64,000 bases of DNA from an uncultured Haloferula sp. Its GTDB lineage: Bacteria > Verrucomicrobiota > Verrucomicrobiia > Verrucomicrobiales > Akkermansiaceae. The position numbers were made by a program, and so were the translations under genes. Under the pieces are notes generated by a model. That model was given only the letters and a program-made list of their open reading frames with translations. It was not told the DNA's origin and ran no database searches. The stretch lies in assembly GCA_965652295.1 (NCBI GenBank), contig CBFGTS010000017.1:1-64000 (forward strand), in the 5' to 3' direction. This document shows positions 8,504 through 19,015 of the stretch, piece after piece; position 1 is the stretch's first letter; every line of letters starts with the position of its first letter.

Positions 8504-9058
8504 ATGAACATGAAATGGATGGCGTTTGGCGCCGCAATGCTGTTCGGCCCGTTCGTCGCGGCCGAGGAAACCCCGGCGATGCCGGAAATGCCCCAGCCCA
8601 CCTCCCAGCACGAGTGGCTGCGGAAATTCACCGGGAGCTGGTCGGTCGAGAGCAAGGTCTGGATGGAGCCGGACAAGGACCCGATGGTCTGCACCGGATC
8701 CGAAGAAGCGGAGATGCTCGGCGGTTTCTGGGTCGTCGGACGCGGCAGCGGCGGCACCGCCGAGATGCCGATGGAATGGCTCATCTCCTTTGGCTACGAT
8801 CCGCAGAAGGAGGCGTACGTCGGGCGCTGGATCGATTCGATGACCTCCCAGGCCTGGGACTACACCGGGTCCCTCGATGACAGCGGAAAGGTGCTCAAGC
8901 TTTCCACCCAAGGCTTCTGTCCGCTGGAGGGCAAGATCTGCGAATTCCGCACCACCGTGGAGTTCAAGACCGACGACCTCCGCGTGATCACCGACGAGAA
9001 GAAAACCGATGACGGCTGGGTCACCGCGGTCGTCAGCACCTACACCCGCAAACCCTGA
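8504..9058 (+). CDS. DUF1579 family exported protein
   Basis: Signal peptide; HEWLRKFTGSW, GYDPQKEAYVGRWIDSM. Confidence 0.85.
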   Translation: MNMKWMAFGAAMLFGPFVAAEETPAMPEMPQPTSQHEWLRKFTGSWSVESKVWMEPDKDPMVCTGSEEAEMLGGFWVVGRGSGGTAEMPMEWLISFGYDPQKEAYVGRWIDSMTSQAWDYTGSLDDSGKVLKLSTQGFCPLEGKICEFRTTVEFKTDDLRVITDEKKTDDGWVTAVVSTYTRKP

Positions 9059-9070
9059 CCTGCCAACGCC

Positions 9071-9493
9071 ATGAAACCCTACATCCAACCCTACCTGCAT
9101 CTCTCCGGCCGCTGCGACGAAGCGCTGGAATTCTACAAAGCCGTCCTGAACGCCGAGATCGGCATGGTGATGCGTTTCAAGCAAAGCCCCGATCAGCCAC
9201 CGATGCCGCTGCCGGAAGGCTGGGGCGAGAAGGTCATGCACTCCGAGTTCACGGTGGGGGAAAGCAAGGTGATGGCCTCGGATGGCTGCGGCGAGGGCGA
9301 GACGATCCAAGGGATCACTCTTTCCCTCACGCTGCCCGACGAAGCCGCCGCCCGCCTGACCTTCGCCTCACTGGCCGAGGGTGGTGAGGTGCTGATGCCC
9401 ATCGGGGAAACCTTCTGGTCGCCCTGCTTCGGCATGGTGCGCGACAGGTTCGGTGTCGGCTGGATGGTGACGGTTCCCGAATCCAAAGTCTGA
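9071..9493 (+). CDS. PhnB/YjdN-like VOC family protein
   Basis: QPYLHLSGRCDEALEFY, VMHSEF, TFWSPCFGMVRDRFGVGWMV. Confidence 0.9.
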   Translation: MKPYIQPYLHLSGRCDEALEFYKAVLNAEIGMVMRFKQSPDQPPMPLPEGWGEKVMHSEFTVGESKVMASDGCGEGETIQGITLSLTLPDEAAARLTFASLAEGGEVLMPIGETFWSPCFGMVRDRFGVGWMVTVPESKV

Positions 9494-9500
9494 AGGCACC

Positions 9501-9956
9501 ATGAGCCACGAACTCTCCATCACCCGCGAGGTGGACGTGCCGCGGGAAAAGCTCTTCCGCTGCTGGACGGATGCCGCACTGCTCGACGAATGGTTCTGCC
9601 CGAAGCCCTACCGCACCCGGCACACCGTGCTGGAGCCACGCACCGGCGGACGCTTCGAAACGGAAATTTACGGACCGGACGGCGACTCGTTCCCCAATCT
9701 CGGCGTCTTCCTTGAAGTCATCGAGAACGAGCGGATTGTCACCACCGATGCCTACCGCACCGGGTGGGTGCCGAACCCCGAGCCATTCATGACCGCCATC
9801 GTGACCTTCGAAGACCTCGGCGACGGACGCACCCGCTACACCGCCACCGCCCGCCACTGGACGGAAGAGGCGATGAAAAAACATGCAGCCATGGGTTTCG
9901 AACCCGGGTGGAACGCCGCCCTGGATCAACTCATCGAACTCGCCCGATCCCTCTGA
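9501..9956 (+). CDS. SRPBCC (AHSA1/START-like) family protein
   Basis: LSITREVDVPREKLFRCWTD...EWFCPKP, GVFLEVIENERIVTTD, MGFEPGW. Confidence 0.9.
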   Translation: MSHELSITREVDVPREKLFRCWTDAALLDEWFCPKPYRTRHTVLEPRTGGRFETEIYGPDGDSFPNLGVFLEVIENERIVTTDAYRTGWVPNPEPFMTAIVTFEDLGDGRTRYTATARHWTEEAMKKHAAMGFEPGWNAALDQLIELARSL

Positions 9957-9960
9957 GACC

Positions 9961-10398
9961 ATGATCACCGACGACGAATGCTCATTGCTTCAAACCCGCC
10001 TCATTCCGGCGCGGCCGGAGGAAATCCTCGCCGCCGTTCGTGATCCCGAACGGCTCGCTCGGTGGTGGGGACCGGCGGGGTTCCGCAACACCATCCACGC
10101 CTTCGATTTCCGCCCCGGCGGAGAATGGCAGATCACGATGCACGGTCCCGACGGCACCGACTACCCGAACCAATGGAAGTTCGAGGAAATCGACGCTCAT
10201 CGAGTGGTCATGCGTCATCTCGGCCCGGTCCACGCGTTCACCCTGACTCTTTCATTTGAGGGGGAGGGCGCCCACACCAAGGTAGGCTGGAAAATGGTGT
10301 TCGACACTCCCGAGGAGTGCGCCCGGGTCCGGGCCTATGCTCCCCGATGTAATGAGGAAAATCTCGACCGTTTGGAAACCGAACTCCAAAGCCCGTGA
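9961..10398 (+). CDS. SRPBCC domain protein
   Basis: LARWWGPAGFRNT..FDFRPGGEW..MHGPDGTDYPN, NEENLDRL; start moved to ATG 9961. Confidence 0.88.
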   Translation: MITDDECSLLQTRLIPARPEEILAAVRDPERLARWWGPAGFRNTIHAFDFRPGGEWQITMHGPDGTDYPNQWKFEEIDAHRVVMRHLGPVHAFTLTLSFEGEGAHTKVGWKMVFDTPEECARVRAYAPRCNEENLDRLETELQSP

Positions 10399-10877
10399 TC
10401 GCGAAAATCCGACCTTGCCTGTGGTTTGATGGCGATGCCGAAGAAGCCGCAAATTACTACGTTTCCCTGATTCCGGACTCCCGGATCGACAAGATCGGCC
10501 GCTCACCCGCGGACAATCCATCGACCGCCGAGGGCGAGGTGCTGACCGTCGAATTCACCCTCGCCGGCCAGCCATTCATCGGCCTGAACGGCGGACCGCA
10601 ATTCCAGTTCAACGAAGCCGTTTCGTTCCAGATCGACTGTGAAGACCAGGCCGAGGTCGATCGCCTGTGGTCCGCGCTGACCGCCAGCGGCGGTGAGGAA
10701 ATCCAGTGCGGCTGGCTGAAGGATCGCTGGGGTCTGCACTGGCAGATCATCCCCCGGCGCCTCACCGAACTGATGGCGGATGACGATCCGGACGTCGGCC
10801 GCCGCGCGATGGAATCGATGATGACGATGGTGAAGATCGACATCGCCACCTTGGAGGAAGCCGCAAAACCCCGATAA
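10395..10877 (+). CDS. VOC family protein (3-demethylubiquinone-9 3-methyltransferase/PhnB-like)
   Basis: KIRPCLWFDGDAEEAANYY, LNGGPQFQFNEAVSF, CGWLKDRWGLHWQI; GTGA overlap with previous gene. Confidence 0.9.
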   Translation: MIAKIRPCLWFDGDAEEAANYYVSLIPDSRIDKIGRSPADNPSTAEGEVLTVEFTLAGQPFIGLNGGPQFQFNEAVSFQIDCEDQAEVDRLWSALTASGGEEIQCGWLKDRWGLHWQIIPRRLTELMADDDPDVGRRAMESMMTMVKIDIATLEEAAKPR

Positions 10878-10884
10878 ACCACTG

Positions 10885-11253
10885 ATGAAAGACGAGAAAT
10901 ATACCGATGGATTTCTCCTGCCCGTCCACAAGGACCGCCTGGAGGACTACCGCAAGGCCGCCGAAACCTGCTCCTCGATCTGGAAGGAATTCGGAGCGCT
11001 GGAGTATGTGGAAACGGTCATCGACCACGATGCCGTGCCCGACATGCGACCCTTCGCCGAGGCGGCGGGCGCAACGGAGGACGAAGTCGTGGTCTTTGCC
11101 TACGTGGTCTACCCTTCGAAAGAGGTCCGCGATGCCGTGAATGAAAAGATCATGAGCGATCCCCGCATGAAAGAGGTGTGTGAGGCGGGTGGCCAGGCCT
11201 TCGACTGCAAGAGAATGGCCTACGGTGGCTTTCGTACCTTGGTCCGTGCCTGA
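10885..11253 (+). CDS. DUF1428 (YbaA-like) protein
   Basis: YTDGFLLPV...YRK.A...WKEFGALEY, FDCKRMAYGGF. Confidence 0.88.
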   Translation: MKDEKYTDGFLLPVHKDRLEDYRKAAETCSSIWKEFGALEYVETVIDHDAVPDMRPFAEAAGATEDEVVVFAYVVYPSKEVRDAVNEKIMSDPRMKEVCEAGGQAFDCKRMAYGGFRTLVRA

Positions 11254-11425
11254 GACACCACCCTGGACGACCCGGCTCCCGCCTGCTTGCCTGCGAAACG
11301 GGCGGGTGGAAGCCGGCAGCCACCGCCGCGGCTTGGCTCATGAAGGCGTTCCGGTGAACGCCCGGCGGTAAATCCCCGTCAACGACCTTGTGCCGCCGCC
11401 CGCTTGGAGAAAGAATGTCCAGCGG

Positions 11426-12040
11426 ATGAAATGGCACCCGAATTTCACCGTGGCGGCGGTGGTACTGCCGGTCCTGGCGTGGTCGGCTTGGCGGCCGTAC
11501 GACGCGGTGACCTGGTGGCTGGAAACCGGCCCGGTGTTCATCGGGTTCGCGGCGCTGGCCGTGGCGCAGGTGAGGGGCTGGCGCTTGTCCGGCTTCGTGC
11601 TCGGCTGGATCGCGCTGCACATGATCGTGCTGATCATTGGCGGCCACTACACCTATGCGCGGGTGCCGCTGGGCGAGTGGGCGAGGGAGGCTTTCGGCTC
11701 CGAAAGAAACCACTACGACCGCCTCGGCCACCTGCTCCAAGGACTCACCCCGGCTCTGATCACACGCGAGCTGTTCGTCCGCCACCGGGTGATCGCCCGC
11801 CGCGGCTGGCGGTGTTTTCTGATCGTCTGCGTCTGCATGGCCATCAGCGCGGTGTACGAGCTGCTGGAGTGGTCGGCGGCCCTCGTTTCTGCAGAGGCGT
11901 CCGAGTCGTTTCTCGGGACCCAAGGAGACAACTGGGACACCCAGTCGGACATGTTCTGTGCGCTGGTCGGCGCTCTGGCGGCACTCGTTTTCCTCCACCG
12001 GCTGCACGACCGGTCGATCCGGCGGCTGGAGACTCCATGA
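11426..12040 (+). CDS. DUF2238 (YjdF-like) membrane protein
   Basis: TWWLE, IGGHYTYARVPLG, RNHYDRLGH, YELLEW, FLGTQGDNWDTQSDM; start moved to ATG 11426. Confidence 0.88.
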   Translation: MKWHPNFTVAAVVLPVLAWSAWRPYDAVTWWLETGPVFIGFAALAVAQVRGWRLSGFVLGWIALHMIVLIIGGHYTYARVPLGEWAREAFGSERNHYDRLGHLLQGLTPALITRELFVRHRVIARRGWRCFLIVCVCMAISAVYELLEWSAALVSAEASESFLGTQGDNWDTQSDMFCALVGALAALVFLHRLHDRSIRRLETP

Positions 12041-12073
12041 AAAAAGGCCGCCCCGGCGAACCGGAGCGGCCTT
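12040..12073 (-). terminator. Intrinsic terminator of sodA
   Basis: Minus strand AAGGCCGCTCCGG-TTCG-CCGGGGCGGCCTTTTTT. Confidence 0.8.
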
Positions 12074-12093
12074 GAGAGGTGAAGCGGCGGTGA

Positions 12094-12714
<621 letters not shown>

Positions 12715-12822
12715 GGTGGAATATTTGGTTAGGTTTGCTTCGAGCGGCGTGGACGGTTAGTCCGGTGTGCCGCACGACCAGCGCCACGATGGCCCGGTCC
12801 GCCCGCTCCGCAAGGAACAATC

Positions 12823-14250
12823 ATGATGGCCGCCCTTCCCGAAGAACTCGCCCCCTATCTGCCATGGATTCTGTGTGCCGTCGCAGGCCTGTTGCTGGGC
12901 TGGCTCGTCACCTTTCTCGCGCTGCGCCCGCGCCGTTCGCGGCTTGAGGAGCAGGTGAAAGGCGAGCATCGCCGGGCCGCCGAGCTGGAGGCCGCGATCG
13001 CCCGCCTGGAAGCGGAGACACGCGAGCTGGAAAAGGAAAGCCGCACCCTGCGCACCCAGCTCACCGAGGCCACCACCCGGATGGAAGCCGAGGCCCGCGC
13101 GGCCGCCGAAAAGCAGGCGCTCCTGGAGAAGGCGGAGGCCCGTCTTTCCGATACCTTCAAGGCGCTCTCGGCCGATGCTCTCAAGTCCACCACCGAGCAA
13201 TTCCTCCACCTCGCCAAGCAGTCGCTCGGAGCCCAACAGGAGGAAGCCAAGGGGGAGCTGGAGAAGCGCCGTACCGCCATCGAGCACCTCGTCAAGCCGG
13301 TCGCCGAGTCCCTGACCAAATTCGAAGGCCGCATCGGCGAGATCGAGAAAGCCCGCGAGGGTGCCTACGCCGAACTCAAGACCCAGGTGAAATCGATGGC
13401 CGAGGCCCAGCTCGGCCTCCAGCGCGAGACCGCCCAGCTCGTCAAGGCGCTGCGCCAACCGACCGGCCGCGGCCAGTGGGGGGAAATGCAGCTCCGCCGC
13501 GTCGTCGAAATGGCCGGCATGCAGGAGCACTGCGATTTCCAGACCCAGAACTCGACCACCACCGACGAAGGCAAACGGCTGCGACCCGACCTCGTCGTCC
13601 ATCTGCCCGGAGGGAAAGCGATCGTCGTCGATGCCAAGACGCCGATGGACGCCTACCTGGATGCGGTGGAGGCCCAGGACGACCGCGTGCGCGACGAAGC
13701 GCTGGCCCGCCATGCCCGGCAGGTCCGCACGCACATCACGCAGCTTTCTTCGAAAAACTACACTTCGCAGTTCGACCACGTGCCGGAGTTCACGGTGCTG
13801 TTCCTGCCCAGCGAGTCATTCTTTTCCGCCGCCCTCGCGACCGATCCGGGATTGATCGAGCGCGGCGTCGAGCACGGCGTCATCCTCGCCACGCCCACCA
13901 CGCTCATTGCGCTGCTGCGGGCCGTCGCCTACGGCTGGCGGCAGGAAGCCTTGGCGGAGAACGCCAAGGAGATCTCGAAGCTCGGACAGGTGTTGCACGA
14001 GCGCCTCGGCAAGCTGGCGGAGCATTTCGGCAAGCTTGGAAAGTCGCTCGACAGCGCCGTCGGTCACTTCAATGCCGCGGTCGGCTCCTATGAAACCCGC
14101 GTGCTCACCACCGCCCGCAAGTTCGAGGAGCTTCAGGCCACGCCGGAGGGCCAGACCCTGCCGGACCTGACCCCTGTCGAAAAGGCCGCTCGCCTTCCGG
14201 CGAACACATCCGCCGCCGCCAATGATCTCCGTGCGGCGCTGGAAGGGTGA
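12823..14250 (+). CDS. rmuC: DNA recombination protein RmuC
   Basis: N-terminal TM plus coiled coil; RGQWGEMQL, RPDLVVHLPG, VDAK, FLPSE, ATPTTLIALL. Confidence 0.95.
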   Translation: MMAALPEELAPYLPWILCAVAGLLLGWLVTFLALRPRRSRLEEQVKGEHRRAAELEAAIARLEAETRELEKESRTLRTQLTEATTRMEAEARAAAEKQALLEKAEARLSDTFKALSADALKSTTEQFLHLAKQSLGAQQEEAKGELEKRRTAIEHLVKPVAESLTKFEGRIGEIEKAREGAYAELKTQVKSMAEAQLGLQRETAQLVKALRQPTGRGQWGEMQLRRVVEMAGMQEHCDFQTQNSTTTDEGKRLRPDLVVHLPGGKAIVVDAKTPMDAYLDAVEAQDDRVRDEALARHARQVRTHITQLSSKNYTSQFDHVPEFTVLFLPSESFFSAALATDPGLIERGVEHGVILATPTTLIALLRAVAYGWRQEALAENAKEISKLGQVLHERLGKLAEHFGKLGKSLDSAVGHFNAAVGSYETRVLTTARKFEELQATPEGQTLPDLTPVEKAARLPANTSAAANDLRAALEG

Positions 14251-14251
14251 G

Positions 14252-14288
14252 CCAAAGGAGCGGCGGGCATTGACCGCCACTTCTTTCG
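14252..14288 (+). repeat. REP-like palindromic repeat, family A copy 1
   Basis: CCAAAGGAGCGGCGGGCATTGACCGCCACTTCTTTCG; near reverse complement of 26709-26745. Confidence 0.65.
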
Positions 14289-14359
14289 GCCCCGATTCGA
14301 ACCACGGCACGACTTTATAGCATCCCCGTGGCGGCCGGATCGTGCTAGGCTCCGCCATC

Positions 14360-15520
14360 ATGAAAGGATTCCGGCTCCTCCTCGCCTCGCTGCTCGTCAT
14401 GCTTTCCCCGGTCATGGCGCGGGAGGAAACCTCCGACACCCGCGCTCCCGGTGTCGCGCTGGCCGAGGGCGTCACGGAAATCACCGGTGTCGCCATTTCC
14501 CCGCTGCTCGGCGTCTCGGTCATCGGCAGCTGGACCTATCTTCACACGCCGGCGGAGGAACGCATCGACCTGCCGTGGTACGCCCAGCCCTGGGCCTGGA
14601 GTACGGGCTTCGCCGTACTTTTGCTCTGCTTCCTCAAGGATTCCCTCGGGGCGGCCGCACCCGGGATTCTGAAGAAACCCTTCGACCTCGCCGAGTTGTT
14701 CGAAAACAAGGCCAGCGCCCTCGTCGCCAGCGCGGCCTTCGTGCCGCTCGTGGCCCGGGAAATGGCGCGCGCCACCGGTCCGGTCGAGGCCCCCGCCGCG
14801 ATGCTCGGTCTGCCGGTCATGGCCGCCCTCGACCTAGCGTGGATCACCGTGCCGCTTTCCATCATCGCCTTCGGCTTGGTCTGGGTGTGCAGCCACGCGG
14901 TGAACGTGCTCATCATTCTCTCGCCCTTCTCCAGCGTCGACACGCTGTTGAAGCTCGGCCGGACGGCCACGCTCGCCTTCGTCGCGATCGCCTACGCCAT
15001 TGCCCCATGGCTCGGCGCGGTGGTGTGCGGGCTGATCCTGCTGGCGGCGATATGGTTCGCCCCGGCGGCGCTGCGGCTGACGATCTTCGGCACCCGTCTC
15101 GCCGGGGATGTGGTGCTCGGGGCGCGCGGGCGGGCCCGGGCCGATTTCAGCCGGCCGCATGTGTTCCTGATGCGGAAAATGGAGGGCCTGCCGAGCCGGA
15201 TCGGCGGCCGCTTGGCGAAAACGGAGGCCGGCAACATCGAGTTCCGCTATCGCCGCGGCTGCATCGGTCCCGAGAGGTCGGTGCCGCTTCCTGCCGGCCG
15301 TCTCGAACTCGCCAAGGGCCTGCTGATGCCCGTGCTCATGACGATCGAGGGAGAAACCGAGCACCGCACCTTGTTGTTCCTTCCCCGCTATCGAGGCAGC
15401 GAGGTCGCCCTTGCCGAAACCCTCGGCTTTCATGCCATCCGCGAGCACGCGTGGACCCGCGGCTGGTCGGCGGTGAAGGCATGGTGGCGAGAAATAACCG
15501 ACAAGCGGATCACCGGCTGA
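14360..15520 (+). CDS. Hypothetical multi-pass membrane protein
   Basis: Signal peptide then several hydrophobic helices; GC3-biased coding frame; no family recognised. Confidence 0.75.
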   Translation: MKGFRLLLASLLVMLSPVMAREETSDTRAPGVALAEGVTEITGVAISPLLGVSVIGSWTYLHTPAEERIDLPWYAQPWAWSTGFAVLLLCFLKDSLGAAAPGILKKPFDLAELFENKASALVASAAFVPLVAREMARATGPVEAPAAMLGLPVMAALDLAWITVPLSIIAFGLVWVCSHAVNVLIILSPFSSVDTLLKLGRTATLAFVAIAYAIAPWLGAVVCGLILLAAIWFAPAALRLTIFGTRLAGDVVLGARGRARADFSRPHVFLMRKMEGLPSRIGGRLAKTEAGNIEFRYRRGCIGPERSVPLPAGRLELAKGLLMPVLMTIEGETEHRTLLFLPRYRGSEVALAETLGFHAIREHAWTRGWSAVKAWWREITDKRITG

Positions 15521-15571
15521 TCCACCTGCCAGGGGCACGCGATCATGCCACTGACAGGCGGGAGCGGCTGC

Positions 15572-17236
15572 TCACCGCCTCCCACCCGGACCGCGGTCGT
15601 GGTCGAGAACGAAGCGCTTGCCGCGCAGGTTCATGCGCCCGGCCATCTCAATGAGCTGGTCGGCATACTCGGCGGCGACATCGATGCTGCTGTGCTTTTC
15701 GAACAGCTTCACATGGCCGATCGCTCCCTGGGGCAGGCCGGCCTCATTGTAGAACATGCCGATCAGGTCGCCGACGCGGACGCCGGCCCGTTTTCCGAGC
15801 GAGCAGAACAGCGGCACCATGTCCGAGTCACCTGCCGCGGGTCCGGCGGAGCGCTCGCGGCGCTGGCGCGGTTCCCTCGGCTCGCGCTTCCCACGGCGCT
15901 CGCCGGGAACCTCGCGGTCCTCCTGGATTTCGCTGAACTCGCGTCCGCCTTCCTCACGCAGCATCGCGAACAGCGCGCTCGCCACGTCGGTCGGCGTGAA
16001 ACCCTGTTCCAGCAGGCGGTCGAACTGCCCTTCGAAAGACGGAAACTTGCCCTCGCCGAGCCGGTCCTTGAGTTGCTCGAAAAGGCGGTCGGCCAAGCGG
16101 CCCTCCACCACCTCCTGCGAGGGGACCCGCTCACGACGGATCGGGTGGCGCGTGTAGCGCTCGATCATTTCGAGCCGATGCAGCTCGCGGCCGAAGACAA
16201 ACGAAACCGCCCGGCCGCTGCGTCCGGCCCGGCCGGTGCGGCCGATGCGGTGGACGTAGTCCTCCGGGTCCTGTGGCAGGTCGTAGTTGATGACGATGTC
16301 GATTTCGTCGATGTCCAGACCGCGCGCGGCGACATCGGTGGCGACCAGCACCTCGACGATGCCATCGCGGAAACGTTTCAACACCCGCTCGCGCATCTGC
16401 TGGGTGATGTCCCCGTGCAGGCGGTCGACCGCGTAGCCGCGCGCCATCAGCGACTCGGTGCACTCGTCCACCGAGCGTTTGGTGTTGCAGAAAATGATCG
16501 AAAGGCGGGCCGGCTCGATATCGAGCAACCGGGAAACGACCTCCACCTTCGAGCGCTCGCGAACCTCGTAGGCGCACTGGTCGATGGTCGAGACGGTCTT
16601 CGACTTCTGCTCGACCTGCACTGTTTCCGGCTCGTTGCCGAAGCGGTCGATCAGCGTCCGCACCTGGCGGTTCATCGTCGCGGAAAAGAACAGCGTCTGC
16701 CGTTCCTCCGGCATGTCCGCGAGCAAGGTTTCCATGTCCTCGCGGAAGCCCATGTCGAGCATCCGGTCGGCCTCATCGAGCACCACGGTGCGGATTCCCT
16801 GGGTTTCCAGCGAACCCCGGCGGAGGTGGTCCAACACCCGCCCGGGCGTGCCGACGACGACATGCGCTCCCTGGCGCAGCGCGCGGAACTGACGATCGAT
16901 CGGAGCGCCGCCATAGACCGGCACCGCACGCAGACCCTTCATTTCCGAGCCGAGGCGGTGAACCTCCTCGCAGACCTGATGGGCCAGCTCACGGGTCGGA
17001 CAGAGCACGATCGCCTGCGGGCGCAGCTCGGCGAGATCGATGCGCGCGAGCACCGGCAGCGTGAAAGCGGCGGTCTTGCCGGAGCCGGTCTGGGACAGGC
17101 CGACCAGATCGCGGCCCTCGAGCGCGGGAGGGATCGAGAGTGCTTGGATCGGCGAAGGGCGTTCGTAGCCCAAGGCTTCGACGGCGGCGAGAAGCGGAGC
17201 GGGGAGACCCAGCTCGGAGAACGGAGGCGTATCCAT
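15572..17236 (-). CDS. DEAD-box RNA helicase with C-terminal DbpA RNA-binding domain (DeaD/CsdA-like)
   Basis: Q motif, [34 protein letters not shown]; start moved to ATG 17236. Confidence 0.95.
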   Translation of the reverse strand: MDTPPFSELGLPAPLLAAVEALGYERPSPIQALSIPPALEGRDLVGLSQTGSGKTAAFTLPVLARIDLAELRPQAIVLCPTRELAHQVCEEVHRLGSEMKGLRAVPVYGGAPIDRQFRALRQGAHVVVGTPGRVLDHLRRGSLETQGIRTVVLDEADRMLDMGFREDMETLLADMPEERQTLFFSATMNRQVRTLIDRFGNEPETVQVEQKSKTVSTIDQCAYEVRERSKVEVVSRLLDIEPARLSIIFCNTKRSVDECTESLMARGYAVDRLHGDITQQMRERVLKRFRDGIVEVLVATDVAARGLDIDEIDIVINYDLPQDPEDYVHRIGRTGRAGRSGRAVSFVFGRELHRLEMIERYTRHPIRRERVPSQEVVEGRLADRLFEQLKDRLGEGKFPSFEGQFDRLLEQGFTPTDVASALFAMLREEGGREFSEIQEDREVPGERRGKREPREPRQRRERSAGPAAGDSDMVPLFCSLGKRAGVRVGDLIGMFYNEAGLPQGAIGHVKLFEKHSSIDVAAEYADQLIEMAGRMNLRGKRFVLDHDRGPGGRR

Positions 17237-17340
17237 AGGCGGAAATCCGCCGGCCGGGAAAACAAGGCCCGCGGCGGAGGCGGACCCTGAAGCTTGGGCC
17301 ACCCGTGGTGCAAGCAGCGAATTTGAAAATGATCGTCGGA

Positions 17341-17799
17341 TTACCAGCCCGCGATGTCCTCCACCGGCACCTCGTGACGGCGGGATTCCTCCAACGAGCA
17401 GGTGGTGTAAAGCGAGCCTTCGGCGGGAAACACCTCCTCCTGTGCCAACTCGTAGGTGCCGCCTCCCGGACAGGTGCGCGCGCCCTTGAGCATCGAATAC
17501 AGGTCATCGGCGATGTAACCCTTGTCGAGCAGGTGGTCGGCGATCGACTGCGTGCCTCCCTGTGCGGCAGGCAGTCCTCCGGAGGAATAGCCGTACATGT
17601 TTTGATAAGACCGCACGGATTTTTGAACGGTGGTGATGTTGAGGATGCACGCGGCACGGTCGGTGCCTTGGATCCACGCTCTGGCACCGATCATCGTCAC
17701 GGAGATCATGGAGAGGATAACAACGAGGACGACGGTCAATTCGAGGAGGGTCATTCCTCGGGAATATTTCCGCCGCCGCTGGGTGAATGCGGCAGTCAT
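17341..17799 (-). CDS. Prepilin-type N-terminal cleavage/methylation domain protein (pilin/pseudopilin)
   Basis: Basic leader RRRKYSRG^[12 protein letters not shown] with E5 and hydrophobic helix; start moved to ATG 17799. Confidence 0.85.
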   Translation of the reverse strand: MTAAFTQRRRKYSRGMTLLELTVVLVVILSMISVTMIGARAWIQGTDRAACILNITTVQKSVRSYQNMYGYSSGGLPAAQGGTQSIADHLLDKGYIADDLYSMLKGARTCPGGGTYELAQEEVFPAEGSLYTTCSLEESRRHEVPVEDIAGW

Positions 17800-17968
17800 G
17801 TTGAGGGGGGAGGGTTTGCGGATCGAAACAAGCCGGCGGGGGGAGCCGGAACGAAGATGGCAGCCCGAAAGTATCATATCGGTGACTGGGAATCATCACG
17901 TGATGACGGGCACGGGTTCACGCACGTTTCCCGCCGCTCCTTTCCTTGCCACACGCCCGGCGCTGGCC

Positions 17969-19015
17969 ATGCTTCCGCGCGTGTCGCCCGACAGCCGCCA
18001 GGACTTCGCCTTCGCCTTCTTGAGCATTCTGTTCGAGGGCGCACCCTTCATCCTGCTCGGCACGCTGATCAGCGGGTTCATCGATATTTACCTGCCGGCC
18101 AACACCATGGACCGCCTGCTGCCGCGACGGAAGCTGCCCGCCATCCTCGTCGCCGGCCTGCTCGGCGGGATCCTCCCGGTCTGCGAGTGCGCGGTGGTGC
18201 CGGTGATCCGCCGGCTGGTGAAAAAAGGCCTGCCCGTTTCCTGCGCGCTGACTTACATGCTCGCCGCCCCGATCGTGAACCCGATCACCGCCCTCTCCAC
18301 CTGGAAGGCATTCAAGGGCCCGCAGGTTTCGCTCGGCGAGTTCGGCCTCCATTCCGCCAGCACGGTCATGACCGTTTCCCGCCTCGGGCTCGGGTTTCTG
18401 GTCGCCGTCGCGGTCGGCCTGCTCGTCGCCCGCCTGCCGTTGCGCGCCATCCTGCGCCCGCGGCTGATCAGTTCCTTGGAGAAAGACGGGCCGGAGGACA
18501 ATCATCACCACGACCATGATCATGGCTGCTGTGGCCACGATCATCATCACCCTGGCCACGACCATGCGCCGGATGCCGGTGGCCGCCTGGTCGCCGCGCT
18601 CCGTTCGGCGATGCGCGATTTCGTGGACGTCGGCGTCTATTTCACCATCGGAGTGGCCATCACCGCGCTCTTCAACACCGGCATTGCTCCGGGTGCGGAG
18701 TGGCTGGATTCCATTGCGGAAAACGCGGTCGCCGCTCCCGCCGCGCTGATGGGGCTGGCCTTCGTGCTCAGCCTTTGCAGCACCTCGGACGCCTTCATCG
18801 CCGCCACACTCCACAAGTTCTCCTGGGGGGCGAAGCTCGCCTTCCTGACCTTCGGGCCGATGATGGACGTGAAGCTGATCTTCCTCTACCAGACCGTGCT
18901 GAAACGGCGCTTCATCCTCGGCATGGCCATCGGGATTTTCCTCGCGGTCTGGCTGGCCGCGATCGCCTGGCAGGCCGGCATCACCGCCCTCAACCCGCCC
19001 CTGGAGCTGCCATGA
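17969..19015 (+). CDS. Putative metal permease (DUF318/YcgR-like) with His-rich loop
   Basis: EGAPFILLG, PVCECAVVP, AAPIVNP, SLCSTSDAFIA, GPMMDVK; HHHDHDHGCCGHDHHH loop. Confidence 0.88.
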   Translation: MLPRVSPDSRQDFAFAFLSILFEGAPFILLGTLISGFIDIYLPANTMDRLLPRRKLPAILVAGLLGGILPVCECAVVPVIRRLVKKGLPVSCALTYMLAAPIVNPITALSTWKAFKGPQVSLGEFGLHSASTVMTVSRLGLGFLVAVAVGLLVARLPLRAILRPRLISSLEKDGPEDNHHHDHDHGCCGHDHHHPGHDHAPDAGGRLVAALRSAMRDFVDVGVYFTIGVAITALFNTGIAPGAEWLDSIAENAVAAPAALMGLAFVLSLCSTSDAFIAATLHKFSWGAKLAFLTFGPMMDVKLIFLYQTVLKRRFILGMAIGIFLAVWLAAIAWQAGITALNPPLELP

